Source of the DNA: an uncultured Gammaproteobacteria bacterium | GTDB lineage: Bacteria > Pseudomonadota > Gammaproteobacteria > Steroidobacterales > Rariloculaceae | Assembly (NCBI GenBank): GCA_963714705.1 | Contig: CAVQPJ010000005.1 | Coordinates: 192,291 to 256,290 of the forward strand | Direction: 5' to 3' | DNA: 64,000 nt | Notes under the pieces: model-generated | The model's input: only the letters and a program-made list of their open reading frames with translations | Databases searched by the model: none | Told to the model about the DNA's origin: nothing | In this document: piece after piece, positions 31,492-49,085 of the stretch | Position numbering within the stretch: the first letter of the stretch is position 1 | Layout: every line of letters starts with the position of its first letter | Position numbers and translations under genes: made by a program

Positions 31492-32476
31492 TTGAGGGGT
31501 ACATTCGCGATCTTGCTTGGCGCGCTCGGCTGCGCGACGAACGTTGCCGCGGCGCAGTCGCTCGTCGACCAGCTCGCGTGGGCGTATGCGATCACGCCGG
31601 GCCCCGCGCCGGCGGCGCCCGTCGACGACGGCACGCGCCATTCGCTGCCCGGCAGCGACCGGGCAGTTCACGCTCGACCAGATCCGCAACCGCATGGGGC
31701 CCGCCGATTGGTACCCCGGCGATCATCCGAGCATGCCGCCGATCGTCGCCGTCGGCCGCGAGGCCGCCGGCGTCTGGGCCTGCTCGCTGTGCCATTACCC
31801 GAACGGCAAGGGCCGCCCCGAGAACGCGAGCGTCGTCGGCTTGCCGAAGGAGTACTTCATCCAGCAGATGTACGACTTCAAGAACGGCGCGCGCGCGAGC
31901 GCCGACGCGCGCAAGCCGAACACGCCGATCATGACCGGCTTCGCCGTGCAGATGACCGACGAGGAGATCCGCGCAGCCGCCGACTATTTCAGCTCGATGC
32001 GCTGGACGCCGTGGATCGAGGTCGTCGAGACGGACACGGTGCCGAAGACGCGCATCGCCGGCGGCATGCATTTGAAGCTCGAGGGCGCCGAGGCCGGCAC
32101 CGAGCCGCTCGGCAATCGGATCGTCGAGTCGCCCGTCGACGCCGAGCACACGGAGCTGCTGCGCGATCCGCGCTCGGGCTTCATCGCCTACGTGCCGAAA
32201 GGCTCGGTCGCGCGCGGCGAAGCGCTGGCGCGCTACGGCAACGAAGGCGTGACCGCGTGCACGGTCTGCCACGGCAACGATCTCGACGGGCTCGCGATGG
32301 TGCCGAGCTTGCGCGGCCGTAGCCCGAGCTACATCGCGCGGCAGCTCGCCGACATGAAGGAAGGCAAGCGCCGCGGCGCGTGGACGCCGCTGATGGCGCC
32401 CGTCGTCGCGAGCTTGGGCGCCGACGACATTTTGAACCTCGCGGCGTATCTGACGTCGCTCGAGCCGACGCCGTAA
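31492..32476 (+). CDS. Di-haem cytochrome c (c4/c553-like; frameshifted near the N-terminus)
   Basis: CSLCH and CTVCH, PSLRGRSPSYIARQL, distal Met candidates. Confidence 0.88.
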
Positions 32477-32484
32477 GCGGGCCG

Positions 32485-33448
32485 TCAGCGCGCCGGCGCG
32501 ATCGTCAGGCTCCGAAACTCGATCGGGCCGTGATCGCCCTGGAGCATGATCGGCCCCGGCGCGCCCTCGTCGCTGTCGAGCGCGCCGCCCGTGATGCCGG
32601 GTATTTCCTGCGCGTCGATCAGCGTCGTGCCGTTCAAGACGACGGTGACGCGCCGGCCGACGAGCTCGACGTCGAGCGTCTGCCATTCGCCGGCGGGGCG
32701 CGCCGCGTCGACGCTCGGCGCGATGAAGCCGTAGACACCGCCCATGCGCAGGGGATCGAGGGCCTTGCCCGCGTCGTCTTGAATCTGCACCTCGTAGCGC
32801 CCGCGCAGATAAATGCCGCTGTTGCTGCCCGTCGGAAACTTGAGCTCGGCATGCAAGCGGAGGTCGCGAAACGTCGTCGTTCCGTCACGAGGTCGACGCA
32901 CGGCGGTGTCGCGGTCAGCACGCCGCCCTGCATGCGCCAGCAGCCTGCGCGATCCGCGCTGCGCGGCGTCCAGCCCGTGAGATCGCGGCCGTTCGATGAG
33001 CGGCTGCGCTGCGCGCCACCTCGGCCTCGACGCCGGCGACGAGCGCCGGCGCGCGCGCCGCCGTGAACCGCACCGCCGCGCCGTCGGCCGCGAGCGTCGT
33101 GCCCTCGATGCGATCGCCGCGCACCGTGCCCTCGAAGCGCAGCGCGTCGATGTCGCGCTCGTACTGCACGGGCACGCGCAACGTGACGCGGCCGGCGGCG
33201 TAGTCGATGTCGCTGACGTAGCGCACGCTGCCGACGCGGCCGACGAACCGGCCCATGAGCTGCGTCTCGGTGCGCAGCTGCACCTCGAGCCACGACGGAT
33301 AAGGGCCGTCGGGCGCCTCGATCGTGAGGTCCCAGCGGCCGAGCAGCGCATCGGCGAAACCGGGCTGCGGCGCCTGGGCCCAACCCTGCGCCGCAGCGCA
33401 GAGCATGGCAGCCGCCGCGGCCCGCGCGTGGCGAATTCTCGGCGTCAT
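32485..33448 (-). CDS. DUF1080 (3-keto-disaccharide hydrolase-like) protein (frameshifted)
   Basis: NGRDLTGW, NSGIYLRGRYEVQI, GEWQ, GPIMLQGDHGPIEFR. Confidence 0.88.
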
Positions 33449-33542
33449 TCTCGAATGATACGCCGGCCGCCGCGGCGGTAGCCTCGCGGCGGCGGAACTG
33501 GTAGAACGACGCATCCCAACGGAAACACGAGGGGTATCCCCT

Positions 33543-34315
33543 ATGCGCTCGCTACGACTGACCCTGGCCTCGGCCGCACTCGCGCTCGTCGTGCTCGACC
33601 CGGCTGCCGCGCAAGCACCCGCCGCCTATCGCGTGCCCGCGGCCGCGCCGGCCAACATCAAGCGCGCCGTCGAGTCGCCGGCCCGCCCCGCCGACCAACG
33701 CGCGCGCGACGCCGACCGCAAGCCGGCCGAGACGCTGATGCTGGCCGAGATCGCCGAAGGCGAGCGCGTCGTCGAGCTCGCGGCGTTCGGCCACTACTGG
33801 ACGAACATGCTCGTCGAGGCCGTCGGCTCGTCGGGCCAGGTCACCATGGTCGACATGCCGTGGACGGACCGCTTCGGCGGCGAAGCCGGCGCGCGCGTTC
33901 GACGCCGCGCACGCGAACGCGACCTACACGCAGGCGCACTACAACCAGATGCAGCTGCCGACGAACGTCGATGCCGTGATCATGGTGCAGTTCTATCACG
34001 ACCTGCACGCCGCGACGAAGCGTCGACACGGCGGACATGAACCGGAAGATCCTCGCGGCGCTGAAACCCGGCGGCATCTATCTCGTCGTCGATCACAACG
34101 CGGAGGCCGGCTCGGGCTGGCGCGACGCGTCGACGCTGCACCGCATCGATCCCGCGACGATCAAGAGCGAGGTCACGGCGGCCGGCTTCGAGCTCGTGCA
34201 GGACAGCCCGCTGCTCGCGAACCCGGCCGACGACCGCAAGCAGAGCATGCGCGCCGAAGGGCTGCGCGGCAAAACGGATCAGGCCGTGCTCGTGTTCCGC
34301 AAGCCGGCGCGCTAG
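33543..34315 (+). CDS. Secreted class I SAM-dependent methyltransferase-like protein, COG4798 type (frameshifted)
   Basis: RDADRKPAETL, FYHDL, ALKPGGIYLVVDH, LHRID, LLANPADD. Confidence 0.85.
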
Positions 34316-34318
34316 CTC

Positions 34319-35557
34319 ATGGCAAAGCTCGTTCGCCCGTTCGCCGCGCTGCGCCCGACGGCCGCCAGCGCCGCCGACGTCGTCGCGCCGCCCTACGACG
34401 TCGTCAGCACCGACGAAGCGCGCGCGCTCGCCGCAGGCCGGCCGCGAAGCTTCCTGCACATCTCGCGGCCCGAGATCGACTTGCCGGAAGGCAGCTCGCC
34501 CTACTCCGACGCAGCCTACGCGCAAGGCGCGCGCAGCCTCGAGCGGCTCGTCGCCGACGCGCGTGCTCGTCCGCGACGACGAGCCGACCTATCTACATCT
34601 ACCGCATGGTCATGGACGGCCGCACGCAGACCGGCATCGCGTTCGTCGGCTCCGTGCGCGCCTACGAGCAGAACCGCATTCGCCGCCACGAGCTCACGCG
34701 CCCCGACAAGGAGGACGATCGCGTGCGCAACATCGCGACGCTGAATGCGCAGACCGGGCCCGTGCTGCTCGCCTATCGCGCGAACGCCGGCGCTGCGCGA
34801 GCTGCTCGCGCGTCGCGACGAACGCGGCGCCGCTGTTCTCGGTGACGGGCCCGAACGACGTGCGTGCACACGGTCTGGGCGCACCGGCGCCCGCGACCGA
34901 CGCGACGCTCGAAGCCGAGCTCGACGCGCTCGACGCGCTGTACATCGCCGACGGCCACCATCGCTCGGCGGCCGCCGCACGCGTCGCCGCGCAGCGGCGC
35001 GGCTCGCCCGACGCGAGCCACGAGTTCTTCCTCGCCGTCGCGTTCCCGCACGACGAGATGCGGATCCTCGACTACAACCGCGTCGTGCGCGACCTGAACG
35101 GGCTTATCGCCGGACGCGCTGCTCGCGCGCATCCGCGAGTCGTTCGACGTCGACGGCGCTGCAGGCCGGCCAGTCGCCGCGCGCAACCCGAGACGTTCGG
35201 CATGTATCTCGGCGGGCGGTGGTACGAGCTCGACGATCACGCCGGCGCTCGTGCCGCGCGCACGATCCCGTCGCGAGCCTCGACGTCAGCCTGCTGCAAG
35301 ACCATCTGCTCGCGCCGATCTTGAACATCGGCGATCCGCGCACCGACGCGCGCATCGACTTCGTCGGCGGCGTGCGCGGCTTGGCGGAGCTCGAGCGCCG
35401 CGTGCAGTCGGGCCGCGCGGCCGTCGCGTTCGCGCTGCATCCGACGCGCATGGAGCAGCTGATGGCCGTCGCCGATGCCGGCAAGCTCATGCCGCCGAAG
35501 TCGACGTGGTTCGAGCCGAAGCTCGCCGACGGCCTGCTATCGCACGTGCTCGACTGA
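34319..35557 (+). CDS. DUF1015 family protein (frameshifted)
   Basis: PPYDVV, SFLHISRPE, IRRHELT, YIADGHHR, MPPKSTWFEPKL. Confidence 0.92.
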
Positions 35558-35577
35558 GCTCGCCGCGGCCGCGGCGC

Positions 35578-36402
35578 TCAAGCGCGGGCAGACGGCGCCG
35601 TCAATCTCCGTCCGGCCCCGTCACCGGGGTAGACGCGCCGGTTCGCGCCGGGGTAGGCGTAGCCGTTGATCAAGATGCGCCGATAGCGCTCCGACGTGTT
35701 CTCGAAGCTCGCATGCGCCGTGTACGGACCGAAGAACAGGGTGTCACCGGGGCGTGCCGCAATCGTCACGGCCTCCTTCTCGCGGAATTTCGCCGGCATC
35801 TCGGCGGCGCCGGGCGCGCTGCGCCCGGCGTCGTCACCGAGCTCGACGCGACCCCACTTCGCGCTGCCGGGCATGAACTTCAGCGGTCCGCTGTCGGGGG
35901 TCATTTCGTCGAGCGTAATTATCGTCTGCACGAAGCTGCCGCAGCCGTTGACGTCGGCCCAGGTTCCGTTGCCCTTGTCGCGATGCTGAATGTCTTGATG
36001 CCAGCCGAAGGTGACGCCGTCGCGCGGCCGCTTGAAGTGAGCCTGATTCAGCAGGTGATCCATCGCGCCGCTGTGGAGCAGCTGCGCGGAAGGCACGGTC
36101 AGCCGCGGGTCGCTGCCCACGTCGAGCAAATAGCGCTGGCATCCGCCGGCCCAGACGACGCGATTGATGACGCGCGTGCCGTTCTTCTGCGCGAGCACGA
36201 AGTACGAGCCTCGGTGTAGCCCGGTCTCGGGCAGCTCGTCCGCGATCTGCTCGAGCTCGTCGAAGCAGGCGCGCATTCGCGCGATCTCGTCCGCTGCGAA
36301 CAAGGCTCGCCGCACGATCCAGCCCACCTCGAAGAAGGCCCGGATCTCGTCGGCGCTCAAACCGCTGTCGCGACTCGCCTGGGACATCACCGTCATTGTC
36401 AC
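35578..36402 (-). CDS. Phytanoyl-CoA dioxygenase (PhyH) family Fe(II)/2-oxoglutarate dioxygenase
   Basis: WHQD (HxD), GPLKFMPGS, distal HAS..N...RR. Confidence 0.88.
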   Translation of the reverse strand: MTMTVMSQASRDSGLSADEIRAFFEVGWIVRRALFAADEIARMRACFDELEQIADELPETGLHRGSYFVLAQKNGTRVINRVVWAGGCQRYLLDVGSDPRLTVPSAQLLHSGAMDHLLNQAHFKRPRDGVTFGWHQDIQHRDKGNGTWADVNGCGSFVQTIITLDEMTPDSGPLKFMPGSAKWGRVELGDDAGRSAPGAAEMPAKFREKEAVTIAARPGDTLFFGPYTAHASFENTSERYRRILINGYAYPGANRRVYPGDGAGRRLTAPSARA

Positions 36403-36498
36403 GGATTCTTGTTCTTCTTGCCGTGAGCGACCTGCTACTTATAGCGAATCGTCATGGCGGCCGTGGCGGCTTGGTGACTTAATACGCGACGATTTCGG

Positions 36499-39400
36499 CT
36501 ATTCGAGCTCCGCGACGCGCCGTTCGAGGCGCCGGAAGAACGGCTCGACGTCGAGCGTGCGGCCCGTGATGCGCTCAATCAGCGCCTCCGCCGCGAACTC
36601 GGCGCCGTGCGCGTAGAGTGTGCTCGGCCGAGCCACGCACGCAGCGAGCCGAGATCGCCGACCGCGAGCTCGGCGTCGAGGTCGTGCTCGCGCTCGTACG
36701 CGTCGACGAGCTGCGCCGCGTAGAGGTTGCCGATCGTGTAGGTCGGGAAAGTAGCCGAACTCGCCGAGCGCCCAGTGCACGTCCTGCAGGCAGCCGTCGC
36801 GCGGCGCTGACGCGCTGACACCGAGGTAGTGTCGATAGCGCTCGTCCCACGCGCCGGGAAGGTCGGCGACGGCGAGGTCGCCGTCGAGCAGCGCGATCTC
36901 GAGCTCGTAGCGCACGAGCACGTGCAGGTTGTACGTGGCTTCGTCGGCGGCGACGCGATTCAGGCCCGGCGCGATCGACGTTGATCGCGCGATGAAAGCC
37001 GCGCGCGTCGATGCCGCGCGACGTAGCGGGGAAACGCCGTCTGCAGCGGGCGAAGTAGTGCCGCCAGAACGCGGCGCTGCGCCCGACGTGATTCTCCCAG
37101 AGCCGCGCCTGCGACTCGTGCATGCCCATGCTCGGCGCGTCGGCGAGCAGCGTGCCGTGCAGCTCGGCGCGGACGCCTTGGTCGTAGAGCGCGTGGCCGC
37201 CTTCGTGCAGCGTCGCGAAGATCGCGCGCATCGGGTCCTCGGCGCTCGAGCGGATCGTGAGCCGCACGTCGTTCTCGCCCGCCATGCATCGTGAACGGAT
37301 GCGTCGAGCGGTCGAGCCGCCCGCGCGCGAAGTCGAAGCCCATGTCGCGGAGCAGCCGCGCGCAGAACTGCCACTGCTGCGCCTCGCCGTACGCGCCGCG
37401 CGGCAGCAGATCCGCGTAGCGGCGCGTGCGCTCCTCGAGCTCGGGCACGAGCGCGCGCAGCCGCGCGCCCGTGCAGCGCGCAGCAGCGGCTCGAGACGCG
37501 CGCGCCGCATGCCCGGCTCGTGCTCGTCGAGCAGCCCGTCGTACAGCTCGTCGGACAACTTGAGCGCCTGCGGCCCGCTCGCGCATGAGCTTGAGCAGCT
37601 GCGCGAACGCGGCGAGAAAGACCGTGTAGTCTCGTCGGCGCGCGCCTGCCTCCCAAGCCGCGAGGCAGTGCGAGCGCGACTCGGCGAATGCCGCGACGAG
37701 GCTCTGCGGCAACGCGACGGCCGCGCGCCGCAGCCGCCCGAGCCGCTCGAGCTCGACGCGCTCGCGCGGCGTCAGATCCGTGCGCGCGCTCGCAGCGCGG
37801 CGAGCAGATCGCCGAGCCGATCGCCGGCCAAGAGCTCGTGCCGCATCGCGCCGAGCACGGCGAGCTGCGAGGCGCGGTCCTCGGCCGCGCTCGCGCGGCC
37901 GATACGTCTCCTCGTCCCACTCGAGCAGGTGAATGACGCGCGTCGAGGTCGCGGAGCCGCTGCACCGCGGCACGCAGCTCCTGCGCGGCGAGATCCGCCT
38001 GCACCGGCGAGCGCGTCGAGCTCTTCAGGTCCTCGGGCCGGTAGCCGACGAGCACGGCCGCGAGACCGCCGCGCTGCGCGACGTTGACGACCTGCTTCTG
38101 CGAGACGCGCGCGATGATGCCCAGACCGTGGTCCGTCGGCGCGAAACCCATGACGGCGTAGAACGGCTCCTCGTGCGTGCGGCCTTGCTCGTCGAGCACG
38201 GGGAACAGATGCACGGGCAGCGTCGTCGCGGCCTGCACGACCCACTGCTGGTGCGGATCGTGCTGCGCGGCGAGCGCCCGCGCGAGCAGCGCCTCCCATT
38301 CGCCCTGCGACAGCGCCGGCGCCCAAGTGTCACGCCGGCGCCGCCGTAGCCGCGATTCGGCTTCAGCACGAGCTCCTCGCGGTAGTCGCGGATGTACTCC
38401 GAGCAGATCCATCGGCCCGTCGGGCGTGTCCGTGTGCCGCTCGCTGACGACGCGCGTCCAAAGCACGTGACGGCGGAACAGCTGGCGCTCGGCGATGCTG
38501 AAGTAGCGCGCCGCGAGCTCCTCGCTCGTCAGCACCTCCCAGCAGCTCTTGTGGTCGAGGTCGCCGCCGATCGCAGACACCATGCGGTTCTGCAAGAACA
38601 GCGCGCGAATCGCGTCGAGCCGCTGCCCGTCCTCGTGCTCGAGCGCGAGCAGATCGCGAATCTCGTAGTCGCGATAGGCGACGTCGATGCGCACGTCCTC
38701 GTAGTACACGTCGTCGTCGACGAGCCGGAGCTCGCGCGGATCGGCGTGCGTGAGCTCGATGCCGCGGCGCGCGCGGTAGTAGTCGACGAGCTGCGACTGC
38801 TCCTCCGGGCCTTCGGCGACGTACTTCGGCTCGACGAGGCACGAGGTTCGCGTCGCGGCGGCCGATCGCGCGCGCGTGATCGAGCAGCACCTGCAGGAAC
38901 AGGTCGCGCTGATCGCGCGGCGACGTCGATCGCGAGCAGCGGATCGTAGTTCTGCAGCGTCGGCACGACGTCGCGCATCACGAGCGTTTCCGCGAGCGGA
39001 CCCAGGTGGATGCCGCCGACGCCCGACAGGTTCGGCTCCATGAAGCGCAGCGAGTCCTGCCAGCGCGCGCTCGTGAAATCGCAGACGGCGTCGAGCCGGC
39101 CGTAGAGCGGCGTCTCCGCGTGCGCGACGGCGGGCCACACCTCGTCGAACCACGCGCGCTCGTCGTCGGCGAGCGGCAACGGCGCGGCGCACGTCGGCGT
39201 CGCGCGCGTAGAGCTCGGGAAAGCGCGCGAGCGCGCTCATGATCGCGCGTGCAGACGTGATGCAGGTAGCCGAGCTGCTCCGGCATCACGAGCAGCGGCC
39301 GCAGCATCACGCGCACGGTCTCGACGGCGCCGTCGTGCACGTAGACGACGTCGTTGGCGCGCGCGTCCTCGGCGAGCCGCCGCGCGACGTGCACGAGCGT

Positions 39401-39503
39401 GGAGTCGGGGATGAAGTTGACGGCCTGGCGCACGCGCGCGTCGAGCGCGGCGCCCGCAAGCCCGAGTTGCTCCGCGGGCGTCAGCACGGCGGCGCAGCGT
39501 CAT
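36499..39503 (-). CDS. Circularly permuted ATP-grasp ligase fused to M32 carboxypeptidase (frameshifted)
   Basis: N-half: GRLDAVCD, FMEPN, DHKSCWEVL, LKPNRGYGGAGV, WVVQ, VVNVAQRGG. C-half: LLEWDEET, GRLDRSTHPF, LHEGGHALYDQG, HESQARLWEN, RVAADEATYNLH, GCLQDVHW, FPTYTIG. ATG overlaps the upstream stop (ATGA). Confidence 0.82.
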
Positions 39504-40624
39504 AGCAGCGGCAACGCGCTCAAGGCTCCGGGCACCGTCACGGGCGTCGCCGGTTGCAGAAAGGTGCCGTCGAGCTCGTCGCAGGTCGTTCGCGTGCCGA
39601 GCAGCTTCATGCTGACCGTGAGCTCGGTCTCCAAGATCTCGAGCATGCGCACGACGCCGCGCTCGCCGGCCGCGCCGAGCGCGAGCGCCTGCAGCTTGCC
39701 GATGCCGACCATCGCGGCGCCGCGGCCGACAGCCTTCAGGACGTCGGTGCCGCGCATGAAGCCGCCGTCGATGCACGAACTGCGCCTTGCCGCGCGCGAC
39801 GCTGATGACCTCCGGCAAGAGCTCGATCGCGCCGCGGCCGTGATCGAGCTGCCGGCCGCCGTGGTTCGACACGTAGATGATGTCGACGCCGTGCTTCACC
39901 GCAGAGCTCCGCGTCCTCGGCGGTCTGAATGCCTTTGAGCATCAGCGGCACCTTCGACGGCGCGCTTGAGCTTCTCGATGAGCTTCCACTCGGCGCGCGC
40001 AGCGGTGCATTTCGCCGACGCGCAACGCGCCGAACGGCCGCCCCGCCATCGCCGCGCGGCGATGAATGTGGCGCTCGCGCCGGCCGAACGTCGGCACGTC
40101 GACGGTCACGCAGAGCGCCTTGGCGCCGGCCTGCTCCGCGCGCTTCGCGACGTCGACGACACCACTTCTCGTCGCCGTCGGTGTAGAGCTGCATGGCGAA
40201 CTGCTCGCCCGCGACGCGGCGCGACGTCCTCGAAGCTCGGCTTCGTGACGCTGCTGACGAGCATGAGACAGCCGAACGCTTTCGGCCGCGCGCGCGACGG
40301 GCAGCGCGCCCTCGGGATGGACGTCGCTCAGGCTCGCGATCGGCGCCAGGAGCACCGGCATCCGGTGCGTCATGCCGAGGAACGTCGTCGCAGGCGATCG
40401 CGTGCTCGACGTTGCGCAGGACGCGCGGCCGGAACGCGATCGAATCGAGCGCGTAACGGTTGCGGATGATCGTCGTCTCGGATCTCGGCGCCGCCGACGA
40501 TGAGCTCCCATGCGGCGTCGGGCAGACGCTTCTTCGCGAGCGCCACGATCTCGGTCGTCGTGAGAATCTCTTCGGGAGCCTCTTTCGCCACCGCTTTCTT
40601 GGCAGCGGTTCTGCTCTTCGCCAT
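39500..40624 (-). CDS. FMN-dependent alpha-hydroxy acid oxidase/dehydrogenase (frameshifted)
   Basis: FRPRVLRNV, LAPIA, VTVD, LKGI, VSNHGGRQLD, RGTDVLKA. Confidence 0.92.
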
Positions 40625-40758
40625 CGCAACCCATCTCCGCGCGATTCTCGAACTGCGGCAGAGTTTACGGTGACTCCACTGGCCGCGATACGGTCTAGCT
40701 GCTGCGCAGCACGGCGATGAACTGCCTGACGAGGACGTGCCGCGCGGCGGCGACAGCG

Positions 40759-41896
40759 TCACGGCGCAGGGGCGGCTCGCCTCACTCCCACGTCGACCGC
40801 GGCGGCGGGCGCGTAGCTGTGCGGATATTCGCGAAACGCGAACGTCGTGCCCGGCTCGCCCTTGAGGTAGACACCGCAAGTTCCCCAGGTCTCCGGAACG
40901 CGCCAAACGGTGTCGATCGGCACCGAGTCGTAACGTCGCGTTCCGCGCTCGCAGCGGATGTCGAGCGCCTCGAGCCGCCCTTTGATCTCCGCGACGGAGA
41001 ACGACGGGCGCAGCAGGTCGTGCACCCAGTAGTCGAATTCACCGACCGATCCGTTCATGACCAAGAGCGCCTCGCTCTTGACGAGCTCCAGCATAGCCTC
41101 GTAGCTCGGCTGAAGACTCGCGACTGACTGCGCGTAGCTCCGCGACGCTCGCGCTGCTTCGGTATCGCGGAGCCGTTCGAACATCGCGATCGCCGAGGCA
41201 ATATCGAGCGCCTGCGCGTGTAGCACTACAAGCCGCTCCGCGGCCGCGACGAACTGATCCATTGACAGATACATGTCGTCCTCGGAGCCGACGGCGCGCT
41301 CGAGCGCGCGCCGCATCTCCGCGACGTCCGACGAGCCCGTCCTGCTGAGATAGACGTACTTGGCCCACCAGAGCCACGCCGTTTCGTAACGATTCAGACG
41401 CTGGTCGGCCTCCATCGCTGCAAGTAGCACGCCGGCGCCTTGGAAGTCCTGCCCGTCGACGAGCCGAACGAGCTGCTGATAGTTCCTCACGAACGCCGGC
41501 GATGCCCGTTCAACGCGACCGGAACCCCGTTTCGAGCTGGAACCGAATGATCGTTTTCGTCATCGCCTGCTCGACGGGCACGCCGTCTTGCGTTGCCGGC
41601 GCGTACTTCCAACGCGCGATGGCGGCCAGCGCGGCGCGCTCGAACGGTTCGCCGCCGCTCGACTGCTCGATCATGGGCTCGACGACGTCTCCCGTCGGCG
41701 AGATCACGAAGCTCAACATGACCCAGCCTTCCCTGCCCGAGCTGAGCGCGCTCGCCGGATACTCGGGGTTGACCCGTACCAAGGATTTGGGCTCGACATA
41801 GGTCGACGGCTGCGGTTCGCCGAAGTCCTGGGCGGTGGCCGCAAAGGCACCCGCCAAAAAAGAAAGCAGAGAGGCGGAGGACAGGGTTGGGCGCAC
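40759..41896 (-). CDS. TonB C-terminal domain protein with a helical/TPR-like extension (frameshifted)
   Basis: PEYPASALSSGREGWVMLSFVISPTGDV...FERAALAAIARWKYAPA; GAGGGGGG RBS before GTG 41896. The true end may be 40782. Confidence 0.8.
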
Positions 41897-41928
41897 GCGA
41901 TACCCCCCTCTGTGTTTTTCGTCGTTCT

Positions 41929-47805
<5,877 letters not shown>

Positions 47806-47944
47806 GGGTGTTCGGCGGCCGGCGCGTAAGGTGGGCCGCCGAGGACGAATTGTGCCCAAACGAAGCTCGGCGCGCGAGCCGCAGGCTGACTTTGGCCACC
47901 GCGGCAGGCTAGAGTTGCCACCCGACGCCGGTCGAGACGTAACG

Positions 47945-48983
47945 ATGAACACGAGTCCGCCCGATCGAACGCTGCCGACGCGCCGCACCGTGCTGCGAGG
48001 CGCCGCCGGGCTCGCTGCGCTCGGCTTCGCGGGGCCGTTGCTCGCGCAACCCCCGCCGGCGAACCGGCCCCCGCCTCCGCCCGGCACGCGGCTCGTGCTG
48101 CTCGGAACGCGCGGCGGGCCCGGCGTGGCGGTCGATCGCAGCGAGACGGCGAGCGCCGTGGTCGTGGACGGCGTGCCCTACCTCGTCGATTGCGGCTACG
48201 GCACGATGCGCGCGCTCGTCGCGTCGGGTCTCGGGTTTCAGCCCGTGAGCACGGTCTTCCTGACGCACCTGCACGACGACCACACGGCCGACCTCGCGGC
48301 GATGCTGGCGCACCAGTGGACGGGCAACAAGGCGACGGAAACGCACGTCTACGGGCCGTACGCGCACCGCGCAAACCGTCGAAGGGGCGCTGCTGTTCTC
48401 GCGCGCCAACGTCGAGATCCGCACGGTCGACGAAGGCCGCACGACGAAGCCCGAAGCGCTGTTCTTCGGCCACGACGTCGACGTCGGCGACGATCCCGTC
48501 CGCGTGTTCGCCGACGAGCAGCGTCGTCGTCACGGCCGCGACGAACACTCACTATCCCGAGCGCTTCGTCGCGCAAATGCGCGCACCGCTCGCTCGGCTA
48601 CCGCTTCGAGACGAGCACGCGCTCGATCTGCTTCTCGGGCGACACGGCGTACTCGGCGAACATCGTGAAGCTCGCACGCGGCGCCGACGTGTTCGTCTGC
48701 GAGGTCATGGACCACCGCACGTACGAGAACAACATGGCGCGCGCCCGGGAAGCAGGCCGCGGCCGGCAATCCCGAGAGCGTCGCCCGCCACGTCGCCGAG
48801 ACGCACTCGACGCCGAGCGACGTCGGCCGCATGGCGAAGGAGGCCGGCGTCAAGACCGTCGTGCTGAACCACCAGCTGCGCGGCCAAGCGGCGAACGGCT
48901 TCACGATCTCGTCGTTCATCGACGGCGTGCGCGCCGTGTTCGACGGCAACGTCATCGTCGGCGAAGACCAGCTCGTGATTTAG
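47945..48983 (+). CDS. Tat-exported MBL-fold metallohydrolase, RNase Z/arylsulfatase-like (frameshifted)
   Basis: TRRTVL Tat motif, LLGTRGGP, LVDCG, THLHDDH, FSGDT, VLNH. Confidence 0.88.
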
Positions 48984-49085
48984 TCGATTCGTTGGGCGAG
49001 GCTGACCGAACGATAACCATACACGAGCCCCTGGCCGGAACGCCGGCCATCGACTAGCATTCCGCGGAAACAGGGGGGCGCCCGT

